Position numbers and translations under genes: made by a program. A DNA stretch of 64,000 nt from Bdellovibrionales bacterium (lineage in GTDB: Bacteria; Bdellovibrionota; Bdellovibrionia; Bdellovibrionales; UBA1609): NCBI GenBank assembly GCA_965261545.1, contig CBDHDF010000011.1, positions 896,001 to 960,000 on the forward strand, given 5' to 3'. Shown one piece after another: positions 1 through 10,422 of the stretch. The notes beneath the pieces were generated by a model. The model made no database searches and was not told the origin of the DNA. It saw nothing but the letters and a program-made list of their open reading frames with translations. Numbering within the stretch: the stretch's first letter is position 1; every line of letters starts with the position of its first letter.

Positions 1-706
1 TACTCTCAAAACTACCTATCATTTGAATAGCATTGGCGATTTCGTTGAGAGCGGGAGAATAGCAAAGATTCTTTGTCACACCCGATAAAACGTCATAAGC
101 ATGAGATAGATACATACGTAAGAAATGAGTTTCCATCTCATTTGGGCAAGGGTACCCACAATAACCCTCCTTTAAAAGATCTTTAGAGCGAGGAAGTGCT
201 AATTGGTCGCCATCTATGGCATAGATATAAAAACCATGAAACGTTTTTCTCAATGGTTCGTAGTCTGTAATCAGAGATTCAAAGATATCTTTGAAAAATA
301 GGTAAGAAATACTTTGACGTATCTTGCTGAGACTGCTTTTGACTGGCATGAGAAGCAGGTCACCAAAATGAGTCCATACCGTCTTAAGAGCGATTTGGTA
401 GCCTTCGTAATTTGTTCCGGAAATAAGATAGATAATGGTAAAAAAGAAAATTTGAGGATTAAATTTTCGATTCCTTTTTTGTTTTTCTGGATCGACAAGG
501 TGCTCTGGCTTGAAGGAAGAATCAAGTTTTGGTAGAATAAAATGGTCATCTGTGACGCGAACTCGTCATTTGGGGGCTTTCGAGATCAATATTGGATTGC
601 ATGTGACTTACTCCTTGGTTGAGGGTTGGGTGTAAAATAAAACAAGTCTTATTCTTGTCGATTTATCTAATGATTTCAAGAGATTTTTCTTAAGGAAACG
701 GCATTG
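1..706 (-). mobile_element. IS4-family element IS4-A, left part (runs off the window start)
   Basis: Reverse complement of the left half of the element at 20334-21750; terminal repeat CTTAAGGAAACGGCATTG ends at 706. Confidence 0.93.
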
Positions 707-1091
707 ATTCAGGGGGTGGGCGAATTCGAGGGGACTGTAAAAATAATTGTGTAACTGCAATTTTTTTCTTAAATCTTAAAGCCACTTATGTGGCTCCACT
801 CCTGGTAAAAAGCACAGTCCCATATTATTCGTCAATGTATAATTGACATTTTTTCCTTCAAGCGATTTTGTCAGTCACAATGCATTATTAAGTTAATGGG
901 GAGGTGGACATCTTCGCTGGTCTATATAATTGGCCTCTTTAGTTACTCTGGACTTTTGATTGTATTATGGAGCCGTAATGGGATCATATCAGAACTGGAA
1001 AGAACTCAAATAAATAATTATCATCTTGGTTGAAAAAAAATCAGCAATGGCTCTCTCAAAAAAATGGAAATTCCAATCTCATCAAAGGGTT

Positions 1092-1250
1092 CATGTGTTT
1101 AGGTTCCCATACTATATTACCCCCTTTTTTTTATTTTTTTTAACTTAGGATATTCGAGAAATACCAGAATTGGGATGAAATATGAAAAAAAATGGAAACC
1201 CAAATCTGCACCAAGAGGGCATGTATTTAGGTTCCCATACTATATTACCC
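1092..1250. repeat. 31-bp direct repeat, two copies 128 bp apart, in the IS256 3' trailer
   Basis: CATGTRTTTAGGTTCCCATACTATATTACCC at 1092-1122 and 1220-1250, each preceded by an A-run plus TGGAAA. Confidence 0.85.
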
Positions 1251-1344
1251 TAACCATAGTCTCGGTATTCCAGTACTTCTGTCAACGCCTTAGAGGGGCT
1301 TTTAAGCCCCCTTATAAGGCAGGTGGTGGACCTTATTAAAAAAC

Positions 1345-2547
1345 TTAGTTGTCAAAACGGTCACCGTATTCAATGGCAAACCTGTTCATGGCTGGCTTCC
1401 AGTTGTGTAATGGTCGTGTCCATCGCTTAGAGGCCATTTTTATCGCTAAATATACAACTTTTAAAGCCGACCGATCACTGGGAAATATCTTACGATTTCT
1501 GATCGCCTTGCGGATCACGCTATTTAACGACTCTATGGCGTTTGTGGTATAAAAAATCTTTCTGATTTCATCCGGATAATCGAAAATAGTGATGAGATTG
1601 TCCCAATTCCTACGCCAAGACTTTTCAATATTAGGATACTTTGAAGACCACTTGGTACAAAATTCCTCAAGGGCCTTTTCAGCTTCTGTCAGAGTCGTAG
1701 AGCCATAAATGGACTTGAGGTCTTGGGCGACAGCTTTCATATCCTTGGAAGGAACATAGCGAAGGGAATTGCGGACCATATGGACAATGCACAGTTGCAC
1801 TTTAGACTTGGGAAAAGCCGCTGAAATGGCTTGAGGAAAACCTGTAAGACCATCTACAGAAAATATAAATACATCTTTCAACCCTCGATTTTGCAGCTCA
1901 GTCAAAACACTCAACCAAAACTTTGAACCCTCATTTTCAGAAATCCATAGGCCCAACAAGTCTTTCTGACCCTCCTCTGTAATACCAAGAGCTAGGTAAA
2001 TCGCCTTATTAATAACTCTCTTGTCTTGATGGACCTTCACCACGATACAGTCCAAAAATACGATAGGGTAAGTGCTATCCAAGGGGCGGTTCTGCCAAGC
2101 CGTAACTTCATCAATAACAGCATCCGTCACGTTGGCTATCACTGAGTGGGATATCTCTGCACCATGGTAGAGGTCTTTGATAGCTCCTTGAATATCCCTG
2201 GTCGTCATTCCCCTCGCATAGAGGGTCAGGATACTGTCTTCAAAGCCCTCAAGACGAGTCTTACCCTTGGGAATGACTTGAGGTTCAAAGGAGGCACTTC
2301 GGTCACGGGGGACCTGAAGCTCCACCTCGCCTTTCTCTCCCTTTATGGTCTTTCTACTGTAACCATTGCGAGTGTTGGATTTGCGGGTCTCAGACTTCTC
2401 ATGCCTCTCATAACCTAGGTGATCGTCCATTTCCGCATTAAGGGCCGTCTCTAAAACAACCTTCATCAGTTGACCCGTTATGTCGGATAAATCCTTTTGG
2501 GTCTTGACGTTCTTCGCTAGTTCCTTGCCTATTGTCTTGATATCCAT
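1345..2547 (-). CDS. IS256-family (mutator-type) transposase, 400 aa
   Basis: Motifs RNGYS, VPRDR, FLDCIVVKV, DGLTGF, QLCIVHMVRN, YTTNAIESLN. Confidence 0.96.
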   Translation of the reverse strand: MDIKTIGKELAKNVKTQKDLSDITGQLMKVVLETALNAEMDDHLGYERHEKSETRKSNTRNGYSRKTIKGEKGEVELQVPRDRSASFEPQVIPKGKTRLEGFEDSILTLYARGMTTRDIQGAIKDLYHGAEISHSVIANVTDAVIDEVTAWQNRPLDSTYPIVFLDCIVVKVHQDKRVINKAIYLALGITEEGQKDLLGLWISENEGSKFWLSVLTELQNRGLKDVFIFSVDGLTGFPQAISAAFPKSKVQLCIVHMVRNSLRYVPSKDMKAVAQDLKSIYGSTTLTEAEKALEEFCTKWSSKYPNIEKSWRRNWDNLITIFDYPDEIRKIFYTTNAIESLNSVIRKAIRNRKIFPSDRSALKVVYLAIKMASKRWTRPLHNWKPAMNRFAIEYGDRFDN

Positions 2548-2620
2548 TCTGCCTTCTCCTTTCAGGATGATAGTTCATCCTAATATGATTCGGCAGTTAC
2601 ACAAAATAGTTTACAGGCTC

Positions 2621-3947
2621 AAGGAGTAAGTCACATGCAATCCAATATTGATCTCGAAAGCCCCCAAATGACGAGTTCGCGTCACAGATGACCATTTTAT
2701 TCTACCAAAACTTGATTCTTCCTTCAAGCCAGAGCACCTTGTCGATCCAGAAAAACAAAAAAGGAATCGAAAATTTAATCCTCAAATTTTCTTTTTTACC
2801 ATTATCTATCTTATTTCCGGAACAAATTACGAAGGCTACCAAATCGCTCTTAAGACGGTATGGACTCATTTTGGTGACCTGCTTCTCATGCCAGTCAAAA
2901 GCAGTCTCAGCAAGATACGTCAAAGTATTTCTTACCTATTTTTCAAAGATATCTTTGAATCTCTGATTACAGACTACGAACCATTGAGAAAAACGTTTCA
3001 TGGTTTTTATATCTATGCCATAGATGGCGACCAATTAGCACTTCCTCGCTCTAAAGATCTTTTAAAGGAGGGTTATTGTGGGTACCCTTGCCCAAATGAG
3101 ATGGAAACTCATTTCTTACGTATGTATCTATCTCATGCTTATGACGTTTTATCGGGTGTGACAAAGAATCTTTGCTTTTCTCCCGCTCTCAACGAAATCG
3201 CCAATGCTATTCAAATGATAGGTAGTTTTGAGAGTAATAGCATAACTCTCTACGATAGGCTTTATTTATCTACAGAGATTATTAAGGCCCATGCTCAAGC
3301 CAGTAACTTCTTTATTGCGCGTTGTAAGCGAGGCTCTACTTTTATCCCCATCGTAAATTTATTTAATGGCCCAGGTTGGTATTCACAAATGGTTATTGAG
3401 GGGGTGGTCATTCATCTCTATAAGTATAAAAACCCAAAGACTGGGGAGTTCTCTGTTTTGGCCACTAATCTTCCGCATGGCTCCTTGGACAAGAAGGATA
3501 TGGTTGCTCTTTACTCTCGTCGTTGGGAAATAGAAACGACATTTCGTGATTTTACATCGACAATGAAAATGGAGCAGTGGCACTCAACAAGCCTTAATGG
3601 AATATTGCAAGAGCTGTATTCTTATTTTTGGCTCTTCAATTATACAAAGATTCAAATGAGCATAAATGAGGATGAAGACAGTGTGAATCAGTTGGTAAAA
3701 AATGACTACAAAAAACCTAACTTTAAACTGATTCTTGATTTCATAATGGATAGCATCCCTCTTTTTGTTGCGGGGCTCTATCAGAAATTTAGGAAGCAGA
3801 TAAAGTTGCTGATGAAGATTTCAATGGAGAAGAGGAGGCACTTCAAAAGAAGCTATGAAAGGTCTATCAAAAGCGCTGGGAGTTCTTTTAAAAGAAATAG
3901 CTTAACGCAGAGGCAGAGGGGTGTGGTGGCTTAAGGAAACGGCATTG
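2621..3947 (+). mobile_element. IS4-A copy lacking its first 90 bp
   Basis: Matches 20424-21750; right TIR ends at 3947; left end replaced by IS256. Confidence 0.93.
2888..3934 (+). CDS. IS4-family DDE transposase (frame open upstream to 2672; true start unclear)
   Basis: YAIDGDQL, LYDRLY and YSRRWEIETTFRDF (IS4 YREK-like) motifs. Confidence 0.9.
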   Translation: MPVKSSLSKIRQSISYLFFKDIFESLITDYEPLRKTFHGFYIYAIDGDQLALPRSKDLLKEGYCGYPCPNEMETHFLRMYLSHAYDVLSGVTKNLCFSPALNEIANAIQMIGSFESNSITLYDRLYLSTEIIKAHAQASNFFIARCKRGSTFIPIVNLFNGPGWYSQMVIEGVVIHLYKYKNPKTGEFSVLATNLPHGSLDKKDMVALYSRRWEIETTFRDFTSTMKMEQWHSTSLNGILQELYSYFWLFNYTKIQMSINEDEDSVNQLVKNDYKKPNFKLILDFIMDSIPLFVAGLYQKFRKQIKLLMKISMEKRRHFKRSYERSIKSAGSSFKRNSLTQRQRGVVA

Positions 3948-4020
3948 ACCTAAGGACATGAGCATGCGTTTTTTGGATTTGCCTTTTTCTCTGTAGGACT
4001 CCACAAGGTGGTAGTAGCAC

Positions 4021-5919
4021 CCTGAAATCCCTAAAAGTTGTAACTAGGTTTAATGTATTGCGTTAACTTTCCTCTCTTCCTATGGAATTGGCTGCTGTCA
4101 ACGGTTTGAGAGGTTTAATAGTATTAATATATTTAATATGATTCATAAGAATTTGCTGCGAAAGGTCCTCTTCGTCCCCATTGGATAGATGAGGCATAGT
4201 GGTAGCCACAGCCACCGTCACATTTGAAACAGATAAAAAACATCATTTTGTCTTGGGAAGCCCATCTATTTGGAAGGCTGAAAAAATATCCTTTTGTTTT
4301 TTAGACAGCTCTCCAAGCATCAGATCACCTGTAGCTAATTCATAAAATTTTAATCGGTCCATCATTTTGTAAATTTCTATTTTAGACATTTTTTTATATA
4401 ACTTCTTATCTTTCATAACAGTATCAATATGTGAAATTAAAATTAAAGAGAGAAAATTAATAAAGATGCTTCCCCTCATATTCATGAGAGAATGAACTCG
4501 ACTTCTCCTTCCATTAATATCATGCTTGAATGAGAAAAATACTTTCTCAATGATATCTTTGTTTCGATATAAACTCAATATATTTGTTTTCTTTAAATCA
4601 TGACTATTTGTAATTAATATCATAATACCCAGCGTAGAAGATTCTTCATTAATATTTTCTTCATTTAAAGAAATCTTAAATGGAGTGCAATCAGAGATAT
4701 TGAGAAACCTTTTTTTATTTCCTAAAGTTTCTTTCATATAGGAACTAGCTTGTTCTTCTGATTTCAAATCTTTCTCAAGAAAGAGTTTCATAAAATCAAG
4801 CAACTCTTTCATTAACACAGATTCCTCATAAACCCTTCTTTCTTTGTCTAAGAAAATATGAGCCGTACAATCAAATCCTCCGATTTTTATTGATTCTTTG
4901 CAATGCGAATAAATTTCCTCATTAAAAGTAAAAGAGCATGATGGAGATTTTATTTTCTCATTTAAAGCCACAGCAAGCTCTCTTGAGAGTTTTGTTCTAA
5001 AACTCATGGGTATCAAATACTTCAATTCCTTACGATGCAGTCCCTTAATATTTTCTACACTAGAAAAACCCTTATCCATAACTAAACAATCTAAATCTAA
5101 TTTATAACTTGTTATGATCTCAATAATATTCGATAAAGTTTTGACATCCGGTATACTTCCAGGATAGATTCTGTACGCTATAGGCGTATGAGTTTTATTG
5201 TCTTCAGATTTCCTACTTATCAGACCTAAGTTTATTTGTTCGAGATTCTCTCCATCTCTGTTGTAACCTTTCTCTAAAAATTCATTATTCATAGAGTAGG
5301 AAGAAAAGGATGTGATGTCAAACATTACCGTACCAGAACCCTTCACTTGATTTATCCATTCGCTAAAGAAAGATTCTATCTTTTTTTGATCTCTCCCAAG
5401 ATCACATAAGAGATTGCTTATTTTTTGTGACGACATAAAATTTTTCTTTGAAACATAAGCTTCTTGACACCACATATCGTAAAGATAAAAGGGCTCTCTT
5501 TTGATTATTTTAAAAAAAGCTAAATGCAAATAATGTTCGTAATTATCTGGATAAATTTTAGACAATGTTTTTAGAAGATTTAGTTGTTCGCATATTTTCT
5601 CTAAGAAAAATAAGGCTCCCACATTATAGGAGCCTATGGGAATCTTTTTTCTTTTGGTCTTAATTTGACCTGTAAACTCATCCTTTCTTCCAAGGTAGAT
5701 GCGTTTTTGCCTGGCCTGCTTTTTTTCCTTGTCCCAAAAGCTTTCAACTTTATAGACATAGGTTTTTCCCTTATTTTTTTGCTCAAAAGTGTATGACATC
5801 GTTAATATTGTAACTATGCTTTTGAAGAGATGACAATCTCTTAATCAAAGTGAAGGCCTTCTCAGACAATAATCAGGACTTAAGTCCTACACCTAGTTAC
5901 AACTTTTAGGGATTTCAGG
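4021..5919 (-). mobile_element. IS1634-family element IS1634-C, intact
   Basis: Perfect TIR CCTGAAATCCCTAAAAGTTGTAACTAGGT; 6-bp TSD TAGCAC at 4015-4020 and 5920-5925. Confidence 0.93.
4243..5799 (-). CDS. IS1634-family transposase, 518 aa
   Basis: N-terminal YVYKVESFWDKEKKQ; FDITSFSSYS, GYNRD, VMDKGF, YRNKDIIEKVF. Confidence 0.9.
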   Translation of the reverse strand: MSYTFEQKNKGKTYVYKVESFWDKEKKQARQKRIYLGRKDEFTGQIKTKRKKIPIGSYNVGALFFLEKICEQLNLLKTLSKIYPDNYEHYLHLAFFKIIKREPFYLYDMWCQEAYVSKKNFMSSQKISNLLCDLGRDQKKIESFFSEWINQVKGSGTVMFDITSFSSYSMNNEFLEKGYNRDGENLEQINLGLISRKSEDNKTHTPIAYRIYPGSIPDVKTLSNIIEIITSYKLDLDCLVMDKGFSSVENIKGLHRKELKYLIPMSFRTKLSRELAVALNEKIKSPSCSFTFNEEIYSHCKESIKIGGFDCTAHIFLDKERRVYEESVLMKELLDFMKLFLEKDLKSEEQASSYMKETLGNKKRFLNISDCTPFKISLNEENINEESSTLGIMILITNSHDLKKTNILSLYRNKDIIEKVFFSFKHDINGRRSRVHSLMNMRGSIFINFLSLILISHIDTVMKDKKLYKKMSKIEIYKMMDRLKFYELATGDLMLGELSKKQKDIFSAFQIDGLPKTK

Positions 5920-6184
5920 TAGCACTGACCTTTTGAGTTTTTAGTCGTTTGGATGTACATGAGGATATTTTCTACATATTTCTATGATATATCAATATTT
6001 AAAACGATAAAATCCTATTTTGTTTTCTACACTTTTTTTACGTCAATTTTAATTTTTCCAGCAGCTACCATTATATTTCAGTACAACCCCAATTTCTGGA
6101 AATTTCGCATTTTAACGCAGATGCTGCTGTCAAACTCGGGAGAACTCAAAAAGGTTGCGACCTTAGAGAGGCTGATCTCACAGG

Positions 6185-6275
6185 TGTTAACTGACAATTA
6201 AAATGCCCCACCGTCGCCAATGAAAAGTGGCCACTTTTCAGAGGAGGGTTATCGTGATTCTTGGCATTGTCAACC
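6185..6275 (+). mobile_element. Isolated, diverged left-end remnant of IS21-A
   Basis: TGTTAACTGACAATTAAAATGCCCCACCGTCGCCAATG... matches the reverse complement of the ends at 28609 and 51344 with a few substitutions. Confidence 0.85.
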
Positions 6276-6278
6276 AAG

Positions 6279-6384
6279 TGCAAAATTTCACCTTGTTTGC
6301 CCATAGACACCTCCTCGTTAATGCGTAGCGCAGAAAGAATATCTATGAAGACTCTAAGTGGGTCAAACTAGGTGAAATTTTGCA
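6279..6384 (-). mobile_element. 106-bp MITE-like derivative of IS21-B
   Basis: Ends TGCAAAATTTCACCT ... AGGTGAAATTTTGCA; the interior matches the IS21-B leader (22375-22541). Confidence 0.75.
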
Positions 6385-6429
6385 CCTATCAGACACCTCA
6401 GAGTTAATTGCACAAAAAATGGGCAAAGA

Positions 6430-7035
6430 CTAGACTTTAGGCTTCGACCACAAAGCACTCAAATCAATCTCTATGGCTTCAAACGGAGGGGATGAAAACT
6501 TGTCGCTTTCTGCAAAAGCAGTTTTTAGACGATAAGACCCATCGTCAAAAACCAAAATCTCTAAGGTCTTAGCTATTGGGTCTACAATCCAGTAATAAGG
6601 AATCATATTGGCTGCATATATCTGCAACTTTGAAATCTTATCATAACGAGCGGTTGATGGAGACAAAACCTCACAAACCCAATCTGGAGGTAGCTCAAAA
6701 TAGGCTGTTTCTGGAAGCTCTGGCAAGCGACTAACTTTCCATCCTGCTAAATCAGGGACAACAGTATTTTTTTTCTCTCTCTTTTGAACAGGTTTTTTAA
6801 AATGAAGTTCTGGTTCACCAATGATCCACCATCCACCGGGGCCTCCGTTTTTTCCTTTTTGAAAAGGGCCTATAAGTTCTTCTCCTAAGGATGAAGATGT
6901 AACAGCGTGCTTGGGAGCCGGTCGAGGAGAGACCACAAGTTCATCGTTAAAAATTTCACCAACTACATTTTCTGGTAAATCGCATAGTTCTTCCCATAAG
7001 CTTGAATATGTTTTTACATTTTTTGCTTCACTCAT
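6430..7035 (-). CDS. Uma2/DUF820-family PD-(D/E)XK endonuclease
   Basis: GEIFNDELVVSPRP, VVPDLAGW, PDWVCEVLSPST, YYWIVDP. Confidence 0.93.
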   Translation of the reverse strand: MSEAKNVKTYSSLWEELCDLPENVVGEIFNDELVVSPRPAPKHAVTSSSLGEELIGPFQKGKNGGPGGWWIIGEPELHFKKPVQKREKKNTVVPDLAGWKVSRLPELPETAYFELPPDWVCEVLSPSTARYDKISKLQIYAANMIPYYWIVDPIAKTLEILVFDDGSYRLKTAFAESDKFSSPPFEAIEIDLSALWSKPKV

Positions 7036-7132
7036 GAAATAACTCCTCTGAATATGTTAAACTTCTAAAATAATTCACGTGGTGATAAAATAAAAGCACA
7101 TCGCTTCAAATGGGTACTCCTATCAATTATTT

Positions 7133-7747
7133 TTAATCGGATTCTTCAGGTTCCATTGGATACCACAAAGCACCTAAGTCAAATTCTATGGCCTCAAATG
7201 GAGGAGCTGAAACCCTTTCGTCTTCTGAAAAAGCCACTTCAAATTTATAAGACCCTCCATCAAAAACTAGAATCTCTAATGTTTTAGCTATTGGGTCGAT
7301 AATCCAGTAGTAGGGAATTTTATTTGCAGCATATATTCGCAATTTTGAAACCCTGTCATAACGAGCCGTTGATGGAGACAACACTTCACAAACCCAATCT
7401 GGCGGTAATTCAGAATAAGCGGTCTTTGGCAATCTTGGGAGACGCTCTTTCTTCCACCCAGCAAGATCAGGTACAACAACATTTTCTTTTTCTTTTCTCT
7501 GAGGAGGATCTTTAAAGTGAAGTTCTGGCTCATGGAGAATTATCCAACCTCCCGGCCCACCATTTCCAAAACGGAATGGTCCGGCGATTAAAACACCCAA
7601 ATCAGAAGATGCAGCTACATGTCTTAGAGATGGTCTAGGAGAGACAATAAGTTCATCGTTAAAAATCTCACCAACTACATTATCAGATAAGGAGCAAAGT
7701 TCTTCCCACAAACTCTTTTCTACTCGCAAATTCTCAGCCTTACTCAT
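7133..7747 (-). CDS. Uma2/DUF820-family PD-(D/E)XK endonuclease (tandem paralog)
   Basis: Same motifs as 6430-7035. Confidence 0.93.
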   Translation of the reverse strand: MSKAENLRVEKSLWEELCSLSDNVVGEIFNDELIVSPRPSLRHVAASSDLGVLIAGPFRFGNGGPGGWIILHEPELHFKDPPQRKEKENVVVPDLAGWKKERLPRLPKTAYSELPPDWVCEVLSPSTARYDRVSKLRIYAANKIPYYWIIDPIAKTLEILVFDGGSYKFEVAFSEDERVSAPPFEAIEFDLGALWYPMEPEESD

Positions 7748-7835
7748 AATTGCTCCTATGGATTCTTAGAATCTATTTCCTTCTTCCAAATTGTAAGCTT
7801 AGAAATTCTTCGCAGTTGAAGCGCTCATCTGAACA

Positions 7836-7911
7836 TGGTGGAGCCTAGCGGGTTTGAACCGCTGACCTCCACGCTGCCAGCGTGGCGCTCTCCCAGCTGA
7901 GCTAAGGCCCC
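7836..7911 (-). tRNA. tRNA-Ala (GGC)
   Basis: 76 nt GGGGCCTTAGCTCAGCTGGGAGAGCGCCACGCTGGCAGCGTGGAGGTCAGCGGTTCAAACCCGCTAGGCTCCACCA; cloverleaf, G3:U70 pair, encoded CCA. Confidence 0.97.
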
Positions 7912-7920
7912 ATGGGTCGC

Positions 7921-7949
7921 ATTCTATTCTTTGTGAAAAGCTCTGACAA
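7921..7949 (-). promoter_or_regulatory. sigma70-type promoter of tRNA-Ala
   Basis: TTGTCA-17 bp-TAGAAT on the minus strand, followed by GC-rich discriminator GCGACCC. Confidence 0.7.
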
Positions 7950-8089
7950 GATAAAACTTTATTTTTATACCTGAATTACCCAGCGTTTTGAATTAGTACT
8001 TTGTAAAAAAAGTCTTGCCCTACATTGAATTAATCAATCTTACTTGCGAGAATACTGGAGTTCCCCAAAAAAACCTCCACCCCAAGGGG

Positions 8090-8502
8090 CAATGCCGTTT
8101 CCTTAAGAATAATTTCTTGAAATCATTAAATAAATCGACAATAATAAGACTTGTTTTACTTTACACCCAACCCTCAACCAAGGAGTAAGTCACATGAAAT
8201 CCAATATTGATCTCGAAAGCCCCCAAATGACGATTTCGCGTCACAGATGACCATTTTATTCTACCAAAACTTGACTCTTCCTTCAAGCCAGATCACCTTG
8301 TCAATCCAGAAAAACAAAAAAGGAATCGAAAATTTAATCCTCAAATTTTCTTTTTTACCATTATCTATCTTATTTCCGGAACAAATTACGAAGGCTACCA
8401 AATCGCTCTTAAGACGGTATGGACTCATTTTGGTGACCTGCTTCTCATGCCAGTCAAAAGCAGTCTCAGCAAGATACGTCAAAGTATTTCTTACCTATTT
8501 TT
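8090..8502 (+). mobile_element. Diverged, truncated left part of IS4-A
   Basis: Starts CAATGCCGTTTCCTTAAG; several SNPs versus other copies; ends at a group II intron 3' end. Confidence 0.9.
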
Positions 8503-8729
8503 ATTGGGTAGAAGGGCCGGTTACCCGACCCAACCCCCGTTCCCACCACATCGTGCCCAATTAAGGCAATAGGCGGACGATAACTCCACTCACTCAACTA
8601 TATCAATATCGATCTATTCCCACAGTCTTCATCCAATCCAACTCATGGAAATACCAAGTGAGTGACCCTTGTTCACCTAGGACATCCGCCCATGTGACAT
8701 CTTGGGATCCTCACCAGATAGATGAACTA
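8503..8729 (-). mobile_element. 3' fragment (part of DIV, DV, DVI) of the ORF-less group II intron
   Basis: Near-identical to 59494-59720. Confidence 0.85.
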
Positions 8730-8761
8730 GTCGCTGTCGCGAAATAGACTTAAGAAATCCA

Positions 8762-8981
8762 TCATTCAGCTTCAAGGTGGTCTTTTTGATAAATATAATT
8801 TTCAATTTGCATAAGATTTTTAAATGGACTCCTCTCCTGAAGATAGCGAGTAGAGAATTCTGGGTCAAAATGGTTCATTTTACACATATCCATGATGATT
8901 TTTGCTTTTGGCCCCACTGTCCTTTTTGATGTGTTGAAGTGCTCAACAATCTCATCCATGGAAACATATGGTGACATCTTG
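8762..8981 (-). pseudogene. 3' part of a split DUF6398-like gene
   Basis: KMSPYVSMDEIV-EHFNTSKRTVG...FDPEFS continues the ORF at 15893-16176 across a 36-bp duplication. Confidence 0.8.
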
Positions 8982-9222
8982 CCCGAGTTTGACAGCAGCA
9001 TCTGCGTTAAAATGCGAAATTTCCAGAAATTATAGTTCTCATTTAGGTACAATGGGGGAATACGAAGGAATTTGCCCCAAGTGTCTCATGGCTTTAGGTC
9101 ACTGTTAGTTTTTATAAAGCTTGTTCAAACTATAAACATCAGCCCGACCCGATCCGACCTCATCCCCCCATTCAACTCAAAGAGAAGTCCCTATTTTTTG
9201 GCCTCTAACTTGCATCCCTAAA

Positions 9223-10422
9223 GTGTTAGGGGGAAGCATGTACAGTTCAAATCATATAAGACATATCATTTTAAAACAGCGTGGAAAATCTCGGATTTAT
9301 CCTCTTTTTTTGTCTTGGGCTTTGGCTTTAGCCTTGGCTTTGATCTTCAATGGATGTGCGGATGTATCTATTGTTCCTTCACCTCCCATAGAGGCATCGT
9401 CTGTGGCTTCTCAAGATAATTTTTGTATTGATGATCCTCTAGAAAACGAATCCTTTCTAAAGATTATGTTTGTGGTGGATATCTCAGGAAGTAACGGCGC
9501 GACAGACAAAAATGGGTCCAAGCGTGCTGACAATATTGACAGATTTGTAGATGATTTGTCCCTGCAAGATCAAAAGCACTATCAATATGGAATCATCTTA
9601 TTTAATAACGAACCCAGGGCTCTTATTCATGACAGTGGTGACAAAACGAAGGCCACTTTTACAAAGGATTCCAATGAAGTCAAATTAGCCACCAATAAAA
9701 TCCGGGCAAATCCCTTCCGTGGAGGTACACAGTATGGACTGGCCCTCATGATGACAAAAAGTGCCATTGAGAATGACATGTTGAAGTTTCCCGATGAAAG
9801 GTCAAAATATATCGTATTTCTTATTTCAGATGGACGACCAAATGATGGAGATAATAAATCCACAGTTTCCAGTCTTGTCAATACGGTCGGTGGGAGTGAA
9901 ATTTATTTAAGCACAGCCTTTTATGGCAATGGCGGTGCCGGTGCGATTAAGATACTTGAAGATATGGCAAAAGTGGGTGGTGGAAATTTTGTCAATTTTG
10001 AGAGTGGTGACAAATGGGATTTGGATCAACTTTTTGTCACCAATACTGTGATACCATGGAGTCTTAAGGAATTTTTGGTTTACAATCTCAATGCTGGATT
10101 TTGTTTTGACGGAAGGGTTGATGTGGACTCAGATGCAGATGGAATGTGTGATCGCGATGAAAGGACAATGAACAATTTGTATGCTGAAGAATTAAAGAAG
10201 GAGGGGAAAACCTTTGATCCCGCCAACCGCTTTAGTTTTGGAGATGGCTATGGAGACTTTTTTCACTGGCTGCGCTTTAGGTATCCGGGAACATTGTTCC
10301 CAGCATGTCAGGATCGTTCTGACCAAGACTTTGATTTACTGACAAAATGTGAAGAACATGAAATTAGGACGCGCAGTGGTCGTACGCAAGGTCTTACGAT
10401 GACGAGGGGAAACCCTGAAGCT
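9223..10422 (+). pseudogene. VWA-domain lipoprotein with DxDxDG Ca-binding-type repeats (MtsD-like), N-terminal part, cut by IS1634-A
   Basis: Hydrophobic signal ending FNGC; MIDAS DISGS; GGTQY; ISDGRP; DSDADGMCD; DQDFDLLT. The last 20 aa of the ORF call come from the IS. Confidence 0.8.

Larger units (their letters stand above)
731..2620 (-). mobile_element. IS256-family insertion sequence
   Basis: Imperfect 28-bp TIRs GGGACTGTAAAAATAATTGTGTAACTGC (731) and GCAGTTACACAAAATAGTTTACAGGCTC (ends 2620). No TSD; the right end abuts a truncated IS4-A. Confidence 0.88.
3948..6140 (-). mobile_element. Left-end fragment of IS1634-A, interrupted by IS1634-C and truncated by IS4-A
   Basis: 3948-4020 plus 5926-6140 are the reverse complement of 10423 to about 10710; TIR ...GCTGTCAAACTCGGG ends at 6140. 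Confidence 0.9.

Noticed and set aside
271..549. Recurrent 92-, 73-, 66- and 108-aa ORFs and other short antisense ORFs
   Set aside because: They are shadow frames of IS4-A, ISC, intron RNA or larger genes, and recur only because the elements do.
2669..2671. TGA recoding (alternative genetic code) to extend the IS4 ORF
   Set aside because: Long genes read through normally under code 11, and TGA acts as a stop in ATGA-coupled gene pairs.
7836..7911. tRNA-Ala as attachment site for the integrases
   Set aside because: No duplicated tRNA 3' end was noticed elsewhere in the window.
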